Positions 44,097 to 54,001 of a stretch of 64,000 bases of DNA are shown piece by piece. The stretch spans positions 992,001 through 1,056,000 of the forward strand of contig CAWCLO010000001.1 in assembly GCA_963796455.1 (NCBI GenBank), read 5' to 3'. The first letter of the stretch is position 1. Each line of letters begins with the position of its first letter. A program made the position numbers and the translations under genes. The notes under the pieces are model-generated. The model saw only the letters and a program-made list of their open reading frames with translations, ran no database searches and was not told the DNA's origin. Source of the DNA: Candidatus Sulfomarinibacteraceae bacterium. Its GTDB lineage: Bacteria > Acidobacteriota > Thermoanaerobaculia > Thermoanaerobaculales > Sulfomarinibacteraceae.

Positions 44097-46136
44097 GTGG
44101 GCGTAGGCATCATCGACATTCTCGTCTTTGTCATCTTCGTGGCAGCAGTCATCGGCATCGGTTTGTGGAAGAGCCGGGGCGAAGAAACGCACAGCGAGGA
44201 CGGCGCCCAGGACTACTTCCTCGCCGGCCGGGGGCTGACCTGGTGGCTGGTCGGTTTCTCACTTATCGCCGCCAATATCTCCACCGAACAATTTGTCGGC
44301 ATGAGCGGCAAAGCGGCCGACTGGTTGGGTATGGCCATTGCCAGCTACGAGTGGATGGCGGCTATCACCCTCGTCGTTGTCGCTTTTCTCTTCGTGCCGA
44401 CCTTCTTGAAGAGCGGTGTCTACACCATCCCGGAATTCCTCGAGTATCGCTACAACCCCTTCGCCCGCACGGTGATGGCCATTTCGACCCTGATCATTCT
44501 GGTCGGTGTGCCGACCGCTTCGGTCATCTATTCCGGCGCCAAGGTGATCACCGTCAATTTTCAGGGCCAGGCGATCTTCGGGTTGGATCTCGGCAGCATT
44601 ACAGTCGGTTGTTGGATCATCGGTTGTTTGGCGGCGGTCTATGTTTTTGCCGGTGGTCTCAAGGCCTGCGCCTGGGCGGATTTGATCCAGGGCACCGCGC
44701 TGATCATCGGCGGCGCCATCATCGCCTATCTGGCGATGCGACTTCTTGGGAACGCCGACCCGGCAGCCTTGGCAGCAACGGCGACGACCTCGATCGATCC
44801 CGCCCAATTGGCGGACGCCGGGGCGATCGAACGATTGCAACTTCTCAACGCCGGCGATTGGGAGGCGGGCAAACTCCACATGGTCCGCCCGGCCACCGAT
44901 CCCGAGATTCCGTGGACGGCCCTGGTGGTGGGTCTGTGGATTCCGAATTTCTTTTATTGGGGTCTCAACCAATACATCACACAGAGGACTCTGGGTTCGA
45001 AATCCCTCGCCGAGGGTCAGCGCGGTGTGGTTTTTGCCGCATTTCTCAAGCTTCTGATCCCCTTTGTGGTCGTGATTCCCGGCATTCTCGCCTACAACCT
45101 CTTCACCAGCGATCTGGAGACCGCGGCGGTCGTAAAAAATGCCAAAGCAATCGCCACCTACGCACCCGATCTCTATGAGCAACTTTCCGACGAGATCAAG
45201 CCGGACCCCAACGAAGCGCTCTTCGCCAACGACATCAAGGCCATCAACAAGAGGCTCGATGCGGCGCGGAACAAACCGACGAAGAAAATCACCGTCTTCC
45301 GCTTCAGCGAGACCTTTGCGACCGGCCATCCTGATGATGCACTCCGCGTGCTGAGCTATAACAGCGGCATCCTGGGTCGGCCCGAGATCGGCCCGATCCT
45401 CGATCCGCGAGAAATCCTCGCACAAAACTCGAGCCTCCTGACCAGCGCGGCCGGCGATGAAACCAGAGATACGGTGCATGAGCTGGTGTTGCGCGATTAC
45501 GACGCCGCCTTCCCGATCCTCATCAAGAACCTCCTGCCGACCGGATGGGGACTCAAAGGCTTCGTCCTGGCAGCTATCTTCGGCGCAGTTGTCAGTTCCC
45601 TGGCTTCGATGTTGAACTCGTCGTCGACGATTTTTGCGATGGACATCTACCGGAAGATCAAAAAGCGGCCATCCCAATTCGAACTGGTCACAGTGGGACG
45701 GATCTGTGTGGTCGCTTTTGTCTTCATTGCGATGCTGATTGCTCCAAGGCTGGACAACCCCAAATTCGGCGGGATCTTCACCTTCATCCAGGAGTTCCAG
45801 GGCTTTATCAGTCCGGGCATCCTCTCCATCTTTCTCTTCGGCGTCCTGGTTCACCGCGCGCCGCGTGCCTGCGGAACCGTCGGTCTGATCATCAATCCCC
45901 TGCTCTACGGAGGTCTCAAGTACTTTGCGCCGGGAATCGCTTTCCTCAATCGGATGGCGATCTGCTTCGCGGTAATTCTGGCAGTCCTCAGCATCATGAC
46001 GCTGCTCAAACCGATGGCCCAACCGGTGACCCTGCCGGTGAACGAAGCCATGGACATGCGCACCGACCCGCGCACCAAGGTCTTCGGCGGCGCGGTGGTT
46101 CTCTTGACCCTCGCGCTCTACGTCATTTTCTGGTAG
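44097..46136 (+). CDS. Sodium:solute symporter (SGLT-like sugar transporter)
   Basis: YFLAGR, SLIAANISTEQFVGMSG, YWGLNQYITQRTL, SSLASMLNS. Confidence 0.92.
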   Translation: MGVGIIDILVFVIFVAAVIGIGLWKSRGEETHSEDGAQDYFLAGRGLTWWLVGFSLIAANISTEQFVGMSGKAADWLGMAIASYEWMAAITLVVVAFLFVPTFLKSGVYTIPEFLEYRYNPFARTVMAISTLIILVGVPTASVIYSGAKVITVNFQGQAIFGLDLGSITVGCWIIGCLAAVYVFAGGLKACAWADLIQGTALIIGGAIIAYLAMRLLGNADPAALAATATTSIDPAQLADAGAIERLQLLNAGDWEAGKLHMVRPATDPEIPWTALVVGLWIPNFFYWGLNQYITQRTLGSKSLAEGQRGVVFAAFLKLLIPFVVVIPGILAYNLFTSDLETAAVVKNAKAIATYAPDLYEQLSDEIKPDPNEALFANDIKAINKRLDAARNKPTKKITVFRFSETFATGHPDDALRVLSYNSGILGRPEIGPILDPREILAQNSSLLTSAAGDETRDTVHELVLRDYDAAFPILIKNLLPTGWGLKGFVLAAIFGAVVSSLASMLNSSSTIFAMDIYRKIKKRPSQFELVTVGRICVVAFVFIAMLIAPRLDNPKFGGIFTFIQEFQGFISPGILSIFLFGVLVHRAPRACGTVGLIINPLLYGGLKYFAPGIAFLNRMAICFAVILAVLSIMTLLKPMAQPVTLPVNEAMDMRTDPRTKVFGGAVVLLTLALYVIFW

Positions 46137-46150
46137 GACAACGGTCGCAC

Positions 46151-47398
46151 ATGACTGACTCGCTGTCACCAGCCGACCGGTCCGCCATCACCAGACTTCG
46201 AAGTCTGGCGGTGGATGCAGATCTCGATATGACCGGAGCCAGGATCCGACGAACCTCTTCGAGATTCTGCCTCGGGGTCGAACACGGTGACTACAACGGC
46301 ACCGAGCTCTTTGGAGTCGGCACCGACCGCTTCATCTGGCTTGCTTTCAAAGCGAATGACAGCGGTCGGGTTCGATTATTCAGCGGAAATTTCCCCGAAG
46401 ACGGGATCGTGTCCTTTTCAACCGGTGAGGTGCCCGAGCCGAAAAGCCCCGAAATCGCGCACACCTGGGCGCGATTCCCTTTCGGCGTCGCCTACGTGTT
46501 GGCGCGGGAAGGCGTCACGTTGACCAAGGGCGTCGACATCGTGATCCACGGAAATATCCCCGGCGGTGGGATGTCGCGCTCGGCCTCGCTCACCCTCAAT
46601 CTCATCCTGTCGATTCTGGACGCCAACGACCTCTCGATCGACGATCCAATGCGGGTGGCCATCCTGGCGCAAACCGTCGAAAACGAATACATCGGATCGC
46701 CCTGCGGTCTCCTCGACCAGATCATGATTCTTTTCGCGAAAGAGGGTATGGGGACTCATTACCGACCCAGCGACGGGTCGATCTCGTATGTGCCGCTCGG
46801 CGAGAAAGCGATCGATTTCAGAATCGTTGGCCTCGACACGGGAACGGTTCGTCCGGGTCTTGAAAAGTCCACCTACCATTTGCGCCGCGCGGAATGCGAA
46901 GAGTTTGTCGAGTTGTTGCGGCCGCAGTTCGGTTTCTCGTGCCTCGGGGATGTCCGCACGCAGGAGGTTCTCGAAACGATCACCAGAATATTCGGGTCCA
47001 CACACCCCCACCTCTGCGATCGCCTGATCTATATTTTTGAAGCGCAACAACGATTCTCGATGATGCTCGGTGCGTGGAAAACCGGAGACATCGAGACTGT
47101 GGGACGACTGTTCCGCGAGGACGGAATCGGCTTGCGGGACAGGTATCGGATTTCCGGGCCCGAACTCGAGACCATGTGCGATATCGCCCGCACCGTGCCC
47201 GGTGTTCTGGGTGAAAGAATGCTCGGTGGCGGTGACAAAGGCGCCGCAGGGGCCCTGGTCCGCACCGAAGCAGTCGATGCCCTGGAGCAGGCGATCGGCA
47301 CCGCGTACCCGTTGAGCCATCCGGTTTTTGCAGAAAGATCGTCGGTTCACGTATGCCGAATGGTCAAAGGAATCACGACCCTCGAAGAAGCGATCTGA
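46151..47398 (+). CDS. Galactokinase-family GHMP kinase (divergent motifs)
   Basis: GVEHGDYNG, IPGGGMSRSAS, ENEYIGSPCGLLDQ, RRAEC, RMLGGG. Confidence 0.78.
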   Translation: MTDSLSPADRSAITRLRSLAVDADLDMTGARIRRTSSRFCLGVEHGDYNGTELFGVGTDRFIWLAFKANDSGRVRLFSGNFPEDGIVSFSTGEVPEPKSPEIAHTWARFPFGVAYVLAREGVTLTKGVDIVIHGNIPGGGMSRSASLTLNLILSILDANDLSIDDPMRVAILAQTVENEYIGSPCGLLDQIMILFAKEGMGTHYRPSDGSISYVPLGEKAIDFRIVGLDTGTVRPGLEKSTYHLRRAECEEFVELLRPQFGFSCLGDVRTQEVLETITRIFGSTHPHLCDRLIYIFEAQQRFSMMLGAWKTGDIETVGRLFREDGIGLRDRYRISGPELETMCDIARTVPGVLGERMLGGGDKGAAGALVRTEAVDALEQAIGTAYPLSHPVFAERSSVHVCRMVKGITTLEEAI

Positions 47399-47491
47399 CT
47401 CCACTACTTGGGGATAACGCATCTTCAACGGTGACGCCGGGTTTCTCTGGTGTTATCATCTCGCCCTTGATCGCGGACCACGGAGGAAAAC

Positions 47492-48910
47492 ATGCCCCGT
47501 CGAATCAGCTTTTTCAAACAGGTCAACACGGTGTTCGACCGTGCCGCCAAACACACCGATCATTCGCGCGGCATTGTGGAGATGATCAAAGAGGTCAACA
47601 GCGTGATCCACTTCACCTTTCCGGTCAAGCGGGACAGCGGCGAGATCGAGATCCTCCACGCGTGGCGCGCCGAGCACAGCCAACACATGCTTCCCTGCAA
47701 GGGCGGTATCCGTTACGCGGCGATGGTCAACGAAGACGAAATTATGGCGCTCGCTGCCCTCATGACCTACAAGTGCGCCATCGTCGACGTTCCTTTCGGC
47801 GGCGCAAAAGGCGGCGTCAAGATCTCCGCGCACCAGTATTCCGAGAGGGAACTCGAGAGGATCACCCGCCGCTTCACCTTTGAGCTGTTCAAGAAGAACT
47901 ACATCGGACCCGGCCACGACGTCCCGTCACCGGACTATGGGACCGGCCCCCGGGAGATGGGGTGGATCGCCGATACCTATGCCACCCTCGCGCCGCAGGA
48001 TATCGACGCCCTCGGTTGTGTCACAGCCAAACCGGTGCAACAGGGTGGTATCCAGGGCCGCAAGGAGGCCACCGGCCGCGGGATTTTTTATGCACTCAGG
48101 GAGGTCTGCAGCCTCGGAAGAGACATGCGGCCGCTCGACTTGAGTCCTGGTCTCGAAGGAAAAAAAGTGGTGATCCAAGGCCTCGGAAACGTCGGTTATC
48201 ACGCCGCCAAGTTTCTCCAGGAAGATGGAGGGGCGATCATCGTCGGTCTGAGCGAATACGAGGGGGCGATTTCCAATCCGAACGGTCTGAATGTCGAAGA
48301 GGTCATGGAGCACCGCCGGGAGACGGGATCAATTCTCGATTTTCCCGGCGCCCAGAATCTCGAGACACGTGAGGCCGCCCTCGAACTGGAGTGCGACATT
48401 CTCGTGCCGGCCGCCCTCGAACACGCGATCACCATCGACAACGCACCCCGTATCAAGGCAAAGATCATCGCCGAAGCCGCCAACGGTCCACTGACTTCCG
48501 AGGCGAACGACCATCTGCACGAGCGCGGTGTGTTGGTCATCCCCGATGCCTACATCAATGCCGGTGGCGTCACGGTCTCGTATTTTGAGTGGCTCAAGAA
48601 CCTCCAGCATGTCCGCTTCGGCCGGATGGACAAGAGATTCGGGGAGAAGACCACGCTTGGGATCCTCAATGCCATCGAGCACGCCACCGGCAGCGTTTTT
48701 TCAGAGGCCGAGATCTCGAGCTTTTCACGCGGCGCGGAAGAACTCGATCTCGTCAACTCCGGTCTGGAGGAGACGATGGCCAAGGCCTATCACGAGATCC
48801 GCGAAATCAAGCAATCGGTTTCCGAGAACATCGATCTTCGAACCGCAGCCATGATCAGCGCGATCAACAAGATCGCGATGGTTTACGGGCACCGGGGTAT
48901 CTTCCCCTAG
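47492..48910 (+). CDS. gdhA: Glutamate dehydrogenase (Glu/Leu/Phe/Val family)
   Basis: PCKGGIRY, PFGGAKGG, ATGRG, QGLGNVG, EAANGP, NAGGVTVSYFEW. Confidence 0.92.
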   Translation: MPRRISFFKQVNTVFDRAAKHTDHSRGIVEMIKEVNSVIHFTFPVKRDSGEIEILHAWRAEHSQHMLPCKGGIRYAAMVNEDEIMALAALMTYKCAIVDVPFGGAKGGVKISAHQYSERELERITRRFTFELFKKNYIGPGHDVPSPDYGTGPREMGWIADTYATLAPQDIDALGCVTAKPVQQGGIQGRKEATGRGIFYALREVCSLGRDMRPLDLSPGLEGKKVVIQGLGNVGYHAAKFLQEDGGAIIVGLSEYEGAISNPNGLNVEEVMEHRRETGSILDFPGAQNLETREAALELECDILVPAALEHAITIDNAPRIKAKIIAEAANGPLTSEANDHLHERGVLVIPDAYINAGGVTVSYFEWLKNLQHVRFGRMDKRFGEKTTLGILNAIEHATGSVFSEAEISSFSRGAEELDLVNSGLEETMAKAYHEIREIKQSVSENIDLRTAAMISAINKIAMVYGHRGIFP

Positions 48911-48931
48911 CCCGGATACACGATCTGAGAT

Positions 48932-49375
48932 CACTGCTGCCCGAAACAAATCGTCGATGAAGTTGCAAACTTGACAACTCGAGGTTGAGTGGTTGGTTTT
49001 TGGCATTTCCGGTTCGCGGTTGCCCGCGCCATATTTCGATTCCGTCTCAGTGCCCGACTTGCAGCGACTGCGACGGTATTCAGCGCCAGCGACAGTGTCC
49101 AGCTTCAGCGGCAGGGAACAGCGATCAGGTCCAGCGACGGCGTGGCAACCTCCGGGCTGTTCAACAAAAGGAACAGCCGTTGTGGTGTATGCGTCTCGCC
49201 TGCACACCGTGCGGCCGAGACGGCCGCACTACAAAGACCGAAGCCCCGAAGGAATGAGTGCTGTTCGCTGTCCCGGTCGCTGATCGCTGTCGCTGATGAC
49301 TGACCGCTGCCGCTGACTGCTGTTCGCTGACGCTGTCCCTGGACGCGGTCAGAGACACCGCACTGAACAGGAGTA
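48932..49375 (+). mobile_element. Copy E of TIR-bounded element (gene replaced by REP doublet)
   Basis: CACTGCTGCCCGAAACAA ... CTGAACAGGAGTA, AT/AT flanks; conserved left end and both arms; only CCGAAGGAATGA of the gene remains. Confidence 0.8.
49180..49234. repeat. Inverted GTRG-type REP doublet (REPIN-like)
   Basis: GTGG plus imperfect hairpin (49182-49205); GTAG plus perfect TGCGGCCG-TCT-CGGCCGCA hairpin on minus strand (49209-49232). Confidence 0.75.
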
Positions 49376-49390
49376 ATCCAAGAACCAAGA

Positions 49391-49432
49391 AAACAAACCA
49401 CCCACCCCGTTGTATTCAACTGGGGTGGGTGG
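49391..49432 (-). terminator. Intrinsic terminator
   Basis: CCACCCACCCC/GGGGTGGGTGG stem followed by a T-rich tract on the minus strand. Confidence 0.75.
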
Positions 49433-49470
49433 CGCATGAATCGTGGACTGTCAATCCAGGCGAATGGGAG

Positions 49471-50076
49471 CTATTTCGCTTCCAACTCGAAGGGGATGCG
49501 AATCTCGCTCTCCGGCAAATCGATGCCCAGGACCCACCGACCTGACTGGATTCCACCGGGAACCTGGACAAAGAGCCGGCCGAAACAGGCTCGCTGTTGG
49601 TTGAGGACCACTTCGTCAAAGGAGACACCGCCGCCGGGGGCCACGAAAAACTGCATCGAACAGTCTTCCCGGTTGGGGGGGAAGTACTCGAGCGGATCTC
49701 GATTGACATTCGCTCTCTGGATGGTCGGCCGCAGCTCACCCCAGGCATCGTTGAACTCAGTCTGGGAGGCGATGGAAATTCGAGATCCTGACGGCGACCG
49801 CAGGAAGATGTTCTCTCGCTCGACCTTTGGTGTTTGGCCCGCCGGCGCACTCAGCCCGAGCTCCAGAATCATCCACTCGTCACCGAGCTGGGTGTTTGCA
49901 AAACGATAGCCGAGGATGACCCACAGCTCCGGGCCGAACTGTTTGAGGACATACTGACCCATGCGTTCGACGCCGGGGGTATCGGTCGGTGTCGCAGACG
50001 AGCACCCGGTAACGGTCAATGTCAAACTGAGGATGGCGGCCACAACCAGGGTCGCCTTGGCACATTTCGATTTCAT
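49471..50076 (-). CDS. Hypothetical lipoprotein
   Basis: Signal peptide with VTGC lipobox; downstream terminator. Confidence 0.7.
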   Translation of the reverse strand: MKSKCAKATLVVAAILSLTLTVTGCSSATPTDTPGVERMGQYVLKQFGPELWVILGYRFANTQLGDEWMILELGLSAPAGQTPKVERENIFLRSPSGSRISIASQTEFNDAWGELRPTIQRANVNRDPLEYFPPNREDCSMQFFVAPGGGVSFDEVVLNQQRACFGRLFVQVPGGIQSGRWVLGIDLPESEIRIPFELEAK

Positions 50077-50362
50077 TTTCGCCCCTTTCTTTCTCGGACT
50101 CTCGATACTTGTTTGCAATCTCAATGCCAGAAAGTTTCAGGGAATTCCACCCGAACACACATCCGATGTGTCTCCATACGGCGACACCATGTCCTGAATC
50201 TTTCGTTTTCCGCTTCATTCTCTCCCAGCCGCCTGCCAAAGTCGAGTGGCGCGATCGACCCGGGACGCGGTATCCTATGCCTGTATCTCCGGCCGGTTTG
50301 AATCACCCGGTTCCCGGCCGGAACAGTCAGCAGCCCAAAGAACTCAAAGAACGGAGGAACGC

Positions 50363-51415
50363 ATGGACGAACCTCGCTACTACTTCCTCGATGATCGGAG
50401 GACGGCCGATCTCGAATTCTCGAAGCTCGGATTCGACTACCTCGATTGCCCCTATCGCTTCGAGGCTGTTTTTGAGCACGGAGTGTGGCGAGCGCGGGGG
50501 CTGTTGGAGGACAACGCGGTCCATATCCCAGAGGGCAGCCAGAGCCTCCACTACGGCCAGCAACTTTTTGAGGGTATGAAGGTCCAACGAGGAGGCGACG
50601 GCAAGGTCTATGCTTTCCGCCCGTTTGACAACTCTCGCAGGCTCAACGAGGGCGCCCGCTATCTCCAGGGCCCGGAGGTTCCCGAGGCGCTCTTTATCAG
50701 GGGAATCGAAGAGGTCGTCAGGGCAAACGAGCCATACGTTCCTCCTTTTGCCTGCGGTGCATCGATGTACATCCGTCCGTTTTATTTCGGCGTCGGCGAC
50801 AACGTCGGAGTCAAACCCGCTTCAAAATATGTCTTCCGCATATTCGTGAGCCCGGTGGGGCCCTACTATCGCGGCGGTTTCGGCCCCGACCAGGGCAAGC
50901 CCTTCATGGTCAGCCGCTACGACCGTGCCGCACCCCATGGCTCGGGGCACATCAAGGCCGGCGGAAACTACGCCTCCTCATTTTTCCCCGGCGGCGAGGC
51001 CAAGGCCACGGGATATATCGATGCCCTGTATCTCGACCCCACCGAACGACGCTATATCGAGGAGGTCGGTGCGGCCAACTTCCTGGCATTCAAAGGCGAC
51101 TCGCTGTTGACTCCCAAATCACCGAGCATTCTTCCGTCGATCACCCGCATCTCTCTGATGGAAATCGCCTCGAAGGTTTTTGGGTGGCCTACCGAAGAAC
51201 GAAAAATCGCTCTTGAGGAGCTCGACGAAATTTCGGCCGCGGCCTGTTGTGGAACCGCCGCCGTGATCACCTGGATCAACCGGATTGTGGATGGTGATCG
51301 GGATTGGACCTTTGGCTTCGACGAGCGCTGGCAAGAGCTTTACGACGTGCTTGTGGGCATCCAAACTGCAACCCATGAGGACAGTTTCGGTTGGAGGCAC
51401 GAGATCCCGATGTGA
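50363..51415 (+). CDS. ilvE: Branched-chain amino acid aminotransferase
   Basis: LHYGQQLFEGMK, YIRP, IKAGGNYA, EEVGAANF, ILPSITR, CGTAAVI; GGAGG RBS. Confidence 0.93.
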   Translation: MDEPRYYFLDDRRTADLEFSKLGFDYLDCPYRFEAVFEHGVWRARGLLEDNAVHIPEGSQSLHYGQQLFEGMKVQRGGDGKVYAFRPFDNSRRLNEGARYLQGPEVPEALFIRGIEEVVRANEPYVPPFACGASMYIRPFYFGVGDNVGVKPASKYVFRIFVSPVGPYYRGGFGPDQGKPFMVSRYDRAAPHGSGHIKAGGNYASSFFPGGEAKATGYIDALYLDPTERRYIEEVGAANFLAFKGDSLLTPKSPSILPSITRISLMEIASKVFGWPTEERKIALEELDEISAAACCGTAAVITWINRIVDGDRDWTFGFDERWQELYDVLVGIQTATHEDSFGWRHEIPM

Positions 51416-51437
51416 TCTCAGTCCGAACTCAACGGGG

Positions 51438-51791
51438 TCAGTCAGTCGCTCCCAGTTCCAAAACAGCTTGTTCCTTCTCGTCGTAGATGGCGAAAATCTC
51501 ATCGAGGCGAGTCAACCTCAAGAGACTCAGAATACGACCGTGAGGTCGGTAGAGAGCGAGCCGGCGGCCCACCTTCTCGAATCGTTGGAGATAACCGACC
51601 AGCTCACCGAGACCGGTCGAATCCACGCTGTCGATCCCCGACATATCAACCAGCACCGCGGGAACGTCCGAATTCAGCAGCTCTTCGAGATAGGCAGAAA
51701 AACGACGTGCGGACTCTCCGAAATTGATGACCCCACGCACATCGACGATGGTCACGCCCCGATCCTCGGATCGCTCGATCTCCATCTTCAT
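51438..51791 (-). CDS. STAS-domain anti-sigma factor antagonist
   Basis: VDSTGLGELV, LLRLTRLDEIF. Confidence 0.85.
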   Translation of the reverse strand: MKMEIERSEDRGVTIVDVRGVINFGESARRFSAYLEELLNSDVPAVLVDMSGIDSVDSTGLGELVGYLQRFEKVGRRLALYRPHGRILSLLRLTRLDEIFAIYDEKEQAVLELGATD

Positions 51792-51952
51792 ATCCCTTCC
51801 CTGCAAAGTGTCTGCCGTTTCCCGAACAGAACCGGGAACGTCGCTCAGCCACATCGAGACATTGGTGATCGCTTCGGCGGCCATTGTACGAGCGGTTTCG
51901 ACACGAAGGCAAGTTTGATTTCGAGCTTTTTCTCAAACCGCCACGACGTCAA

Positions 51953-52441
51953 TCAAAACGGCCACCACCATCGACGGGCCGGCAAGGGTTGAATATCACC
52001 CCCTCCCGCGGCGACCGCTGACAGCGCGCGTTGTCGTTCGAGAGGGTCACGTTCGACCAACAGGCAGTCGACCTCTTCAATCCTATCCAGCAGTTCCGGG
52101 ACCGAGTTGAGGACCAAAACATCGAGAAACTCCTTCTCGGGGAGAGCATCCGCCACGGCTTCCGAAACCATATTCAGGGCCGAGCGCAACGAGCCCACCG
52201 CCTCCGGTTCGAGCCACACAAAGAGCGTCGGCGAAGGCCCCCCGTCGACACCCGCGACCTCCACATCGACCAGGTAGGCAAAAGCAAGATCCGGACATGA
52301 CCGAAGACAAAGCCCGAGATTGCCGAGAATCTCTTCCGAGAGGGGCTGGTGCGGTCTGGAGATGGTGATTTCGTCGTTCATGTCGGCAATGAAAGATCTT
52401 ACAGGACCCGTTCCAACCTCATCCGATGTGACGCGAGGCAT
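51953..52441 (-). CDS. Hypothetical protein (possibly SseB C-terminal-like)
   Basis: Only plausible ORF in the interval; ends RRWWWPF; family call tentative. Confidence 0.55.
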   Translation of the reverse strand: MPRVTSDEVGTGPVRSFIADMNDEITISRPHQPLSEEILGNLGLCLRSCPDLAFAYLVDVEVAGVDGGPSPTLFVWLEPEAVGSLRSALNMVSEAVADALPEKEFLDVLVLNSVPELLDRIEEVDCLLVERDPLERQRALSAVAAGGGDIQPLPARRWWWPF

Positions 52442-52475
52442 GGACCGCGTTCAGTGAAGGAGCTATGGTGAAAAA

Positions 52476-53429
52476 ATGGTATTTTGGAGAATATGCACGC
52501 TGTGGCTGATCGGAACGGCCTGTGCCACCGTGGCCTCGGGTGAAGACTTCGAGGATGCGTTGCAACGCGCCCGGTCGGCCGCCGAAGCACATCGTTACCA
52601 AGAGGCCATCGAGATCCTGACCCCCTTCAACTCCGCCGAAGACCCCGATCGGCGTTACATCACCGCCGCTGAGATCGGTCGAGCCTATTTTCATATGGGT
52701 CAATACAAGCCTGCCGACAGCGCGTTTCGGCAGGCGGTTCGCCTGCATCCCGAATATGTCGAAACCGCCGTCTATCTCGAGGCCACCTCATTCCTCCTTG
52801 GGAACCGAGGCCAGGCATTGCTGATTCTCGAAGAACTCCTGGCGAGCGGCGCGATCGATCTCTACCTCGCGGTCACCCTTCCCGGGGAGCGCGCCTTTCT
52901 CGCCGACCCGGAGGTCCAGTCGGTAATCAATCGCCACGCCCGTGCTCTCGATCTCGATCCCTTGGCAGGCACATTCAACGGCATCGCCCTCGGTGACTCC
53001 AGAGCAGATGTGGTCGCGGCGCTCTCAGCCCATTCCCCTGATCCTTCAAAACCGACACTCTCCGCCTCTGCCGGTCCTGCCGTCATCTGGGCATTTCAAT
53101 TTGATGGCGCGGATCGACTTGCCGAGGTCATTCTCCAAACCGACAACCTCTCTCGCTATACCCCCTACCGTCTTCGCATCGGCGATGGCCTGGACTGGCG
53201 TGCGACCCCGGCTGCTGCGGTCGCAGCCCTTGGGCCGCCACGCACCATGAAACCGGCGGATGACGGCTCCATGGCGGCGAGCTGGGACTATCCAAACCAC
53301 CGATTGACTCTTTTTTTTGCAACGCCACGGGAACCGAGGCCGGACGGAGTGCCAGAAGGGGCGGCCATGATCCGTGCCGCCCAGATTGGTCGCCACGCAC
53401 CGGGTTCTGCTGATACGATGAATCGATGA
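52476..53429 (+). CDS. Exported TPR-containing protein
   Basis: Signal peptide; IGRAYFHMGQYKPADSAFRQAVRLHP. Confidence 0.7.
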   Translation: MVFWRICTLWLIGTACATVASGEDFEDALQRARSAAEAHRYQEAIEILTPFNSAEDPDRRYITAAEIGRAYFHMGQYKPADSAFRQAVRLHPEYVETAVYLEATSFLLGNRGQALLILEELLASGAIDLYLAVTLPGERAFLADPEVQSVINRHARALDLDPLAGTFNGIALGDSRADVVAALSAHSPDPSKPTLSASAGPAVIWAFQFDGADRLAEVILQTDNLSRYTPYRLRIGDGLDWRATPAAAVAALGPPRTMKPADDGSMAASWDYPNHRLTLFFATPREPRPDGVPEGAAMIRAAQIGRHAPGSADTMNR

Positions 53430-54001
53430 CTCATATGCCATCATCACTGGCCGGTAGCATCCTGATTGCAATGCCGGGTCTCGCCGACCCGAATTTTTGG
53501 CATTCGGTGGTGTTGCTTGGAGTGCATTCGGACGAGGAGGGGGCCTTCGGGCTTGTGATCAACCGAAGCCTCGACGTCAATCTCGACGTGATTCTGGACG
53601 AACTTGGCGAAGAACCGGTGGGTTCCGATGTTCCAGAAGTTCTGGCGGGCGGCCCGGTGCAACCGGGCCACGGATTTGTACTTTTTGAACGCGGGGTGGC
53701 GATACCCGATGACGACGATATCGAGATCTCCGATTCGCTGGTTGTCTCTGGCAACACCGAGACCCTGACCCGGCTGGCCCACGGAGGCGGCGAAAACCGC
53801 TTCTCCCTGCTGCTTGGATATTCGGGATGGCACCCAGGTCAGCTCGAGCGCGAGATCGAAGAAAACTCGTGGGTCGTGGCACCGCTGGACAAATCGATCA
53901 TTTTTGATGTGCCGGTGGAGGATCGCTGGACCGCCGCGCTGAGGTCGATTGGTGTAGATCCCGGGACCCTGGTGGATACCGGATCCAGCGAACCGAGCTG
54001 A
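53426..54001 (+). CDS. YqgE/AlgH family protein
   Basis: LIAMPGLADPNF, GAFGLVINR, GGPV, GYSGWHPGQLEREI. Confidence 0.92.
   Translation: MTHMPSSLAGSILIAMPGLADPNFWHSVVLLGVHSDEEGAFGLVINRSLDVNLDVILDELGEEPVGSDVPEVLAGGPVQPGHGFVLFERGVAIPDDDDIEISDSLVVSGNTETLTRLAHGGGENRFSLLLGYSGWHPGQLEREIEENSWVVAPLDKSIIFDVPVEDRWTAALRSIGVDPGTLVDTGSSEPS

Noticed and set aside
44259..46169. Long antisense ORFs (636 aa here; also 4253-5632, 18414-19763, 55877-57088)
   Set aside because: Shadow frames of well-supported genes in GC-rich DNA, with no recognisable motifs.
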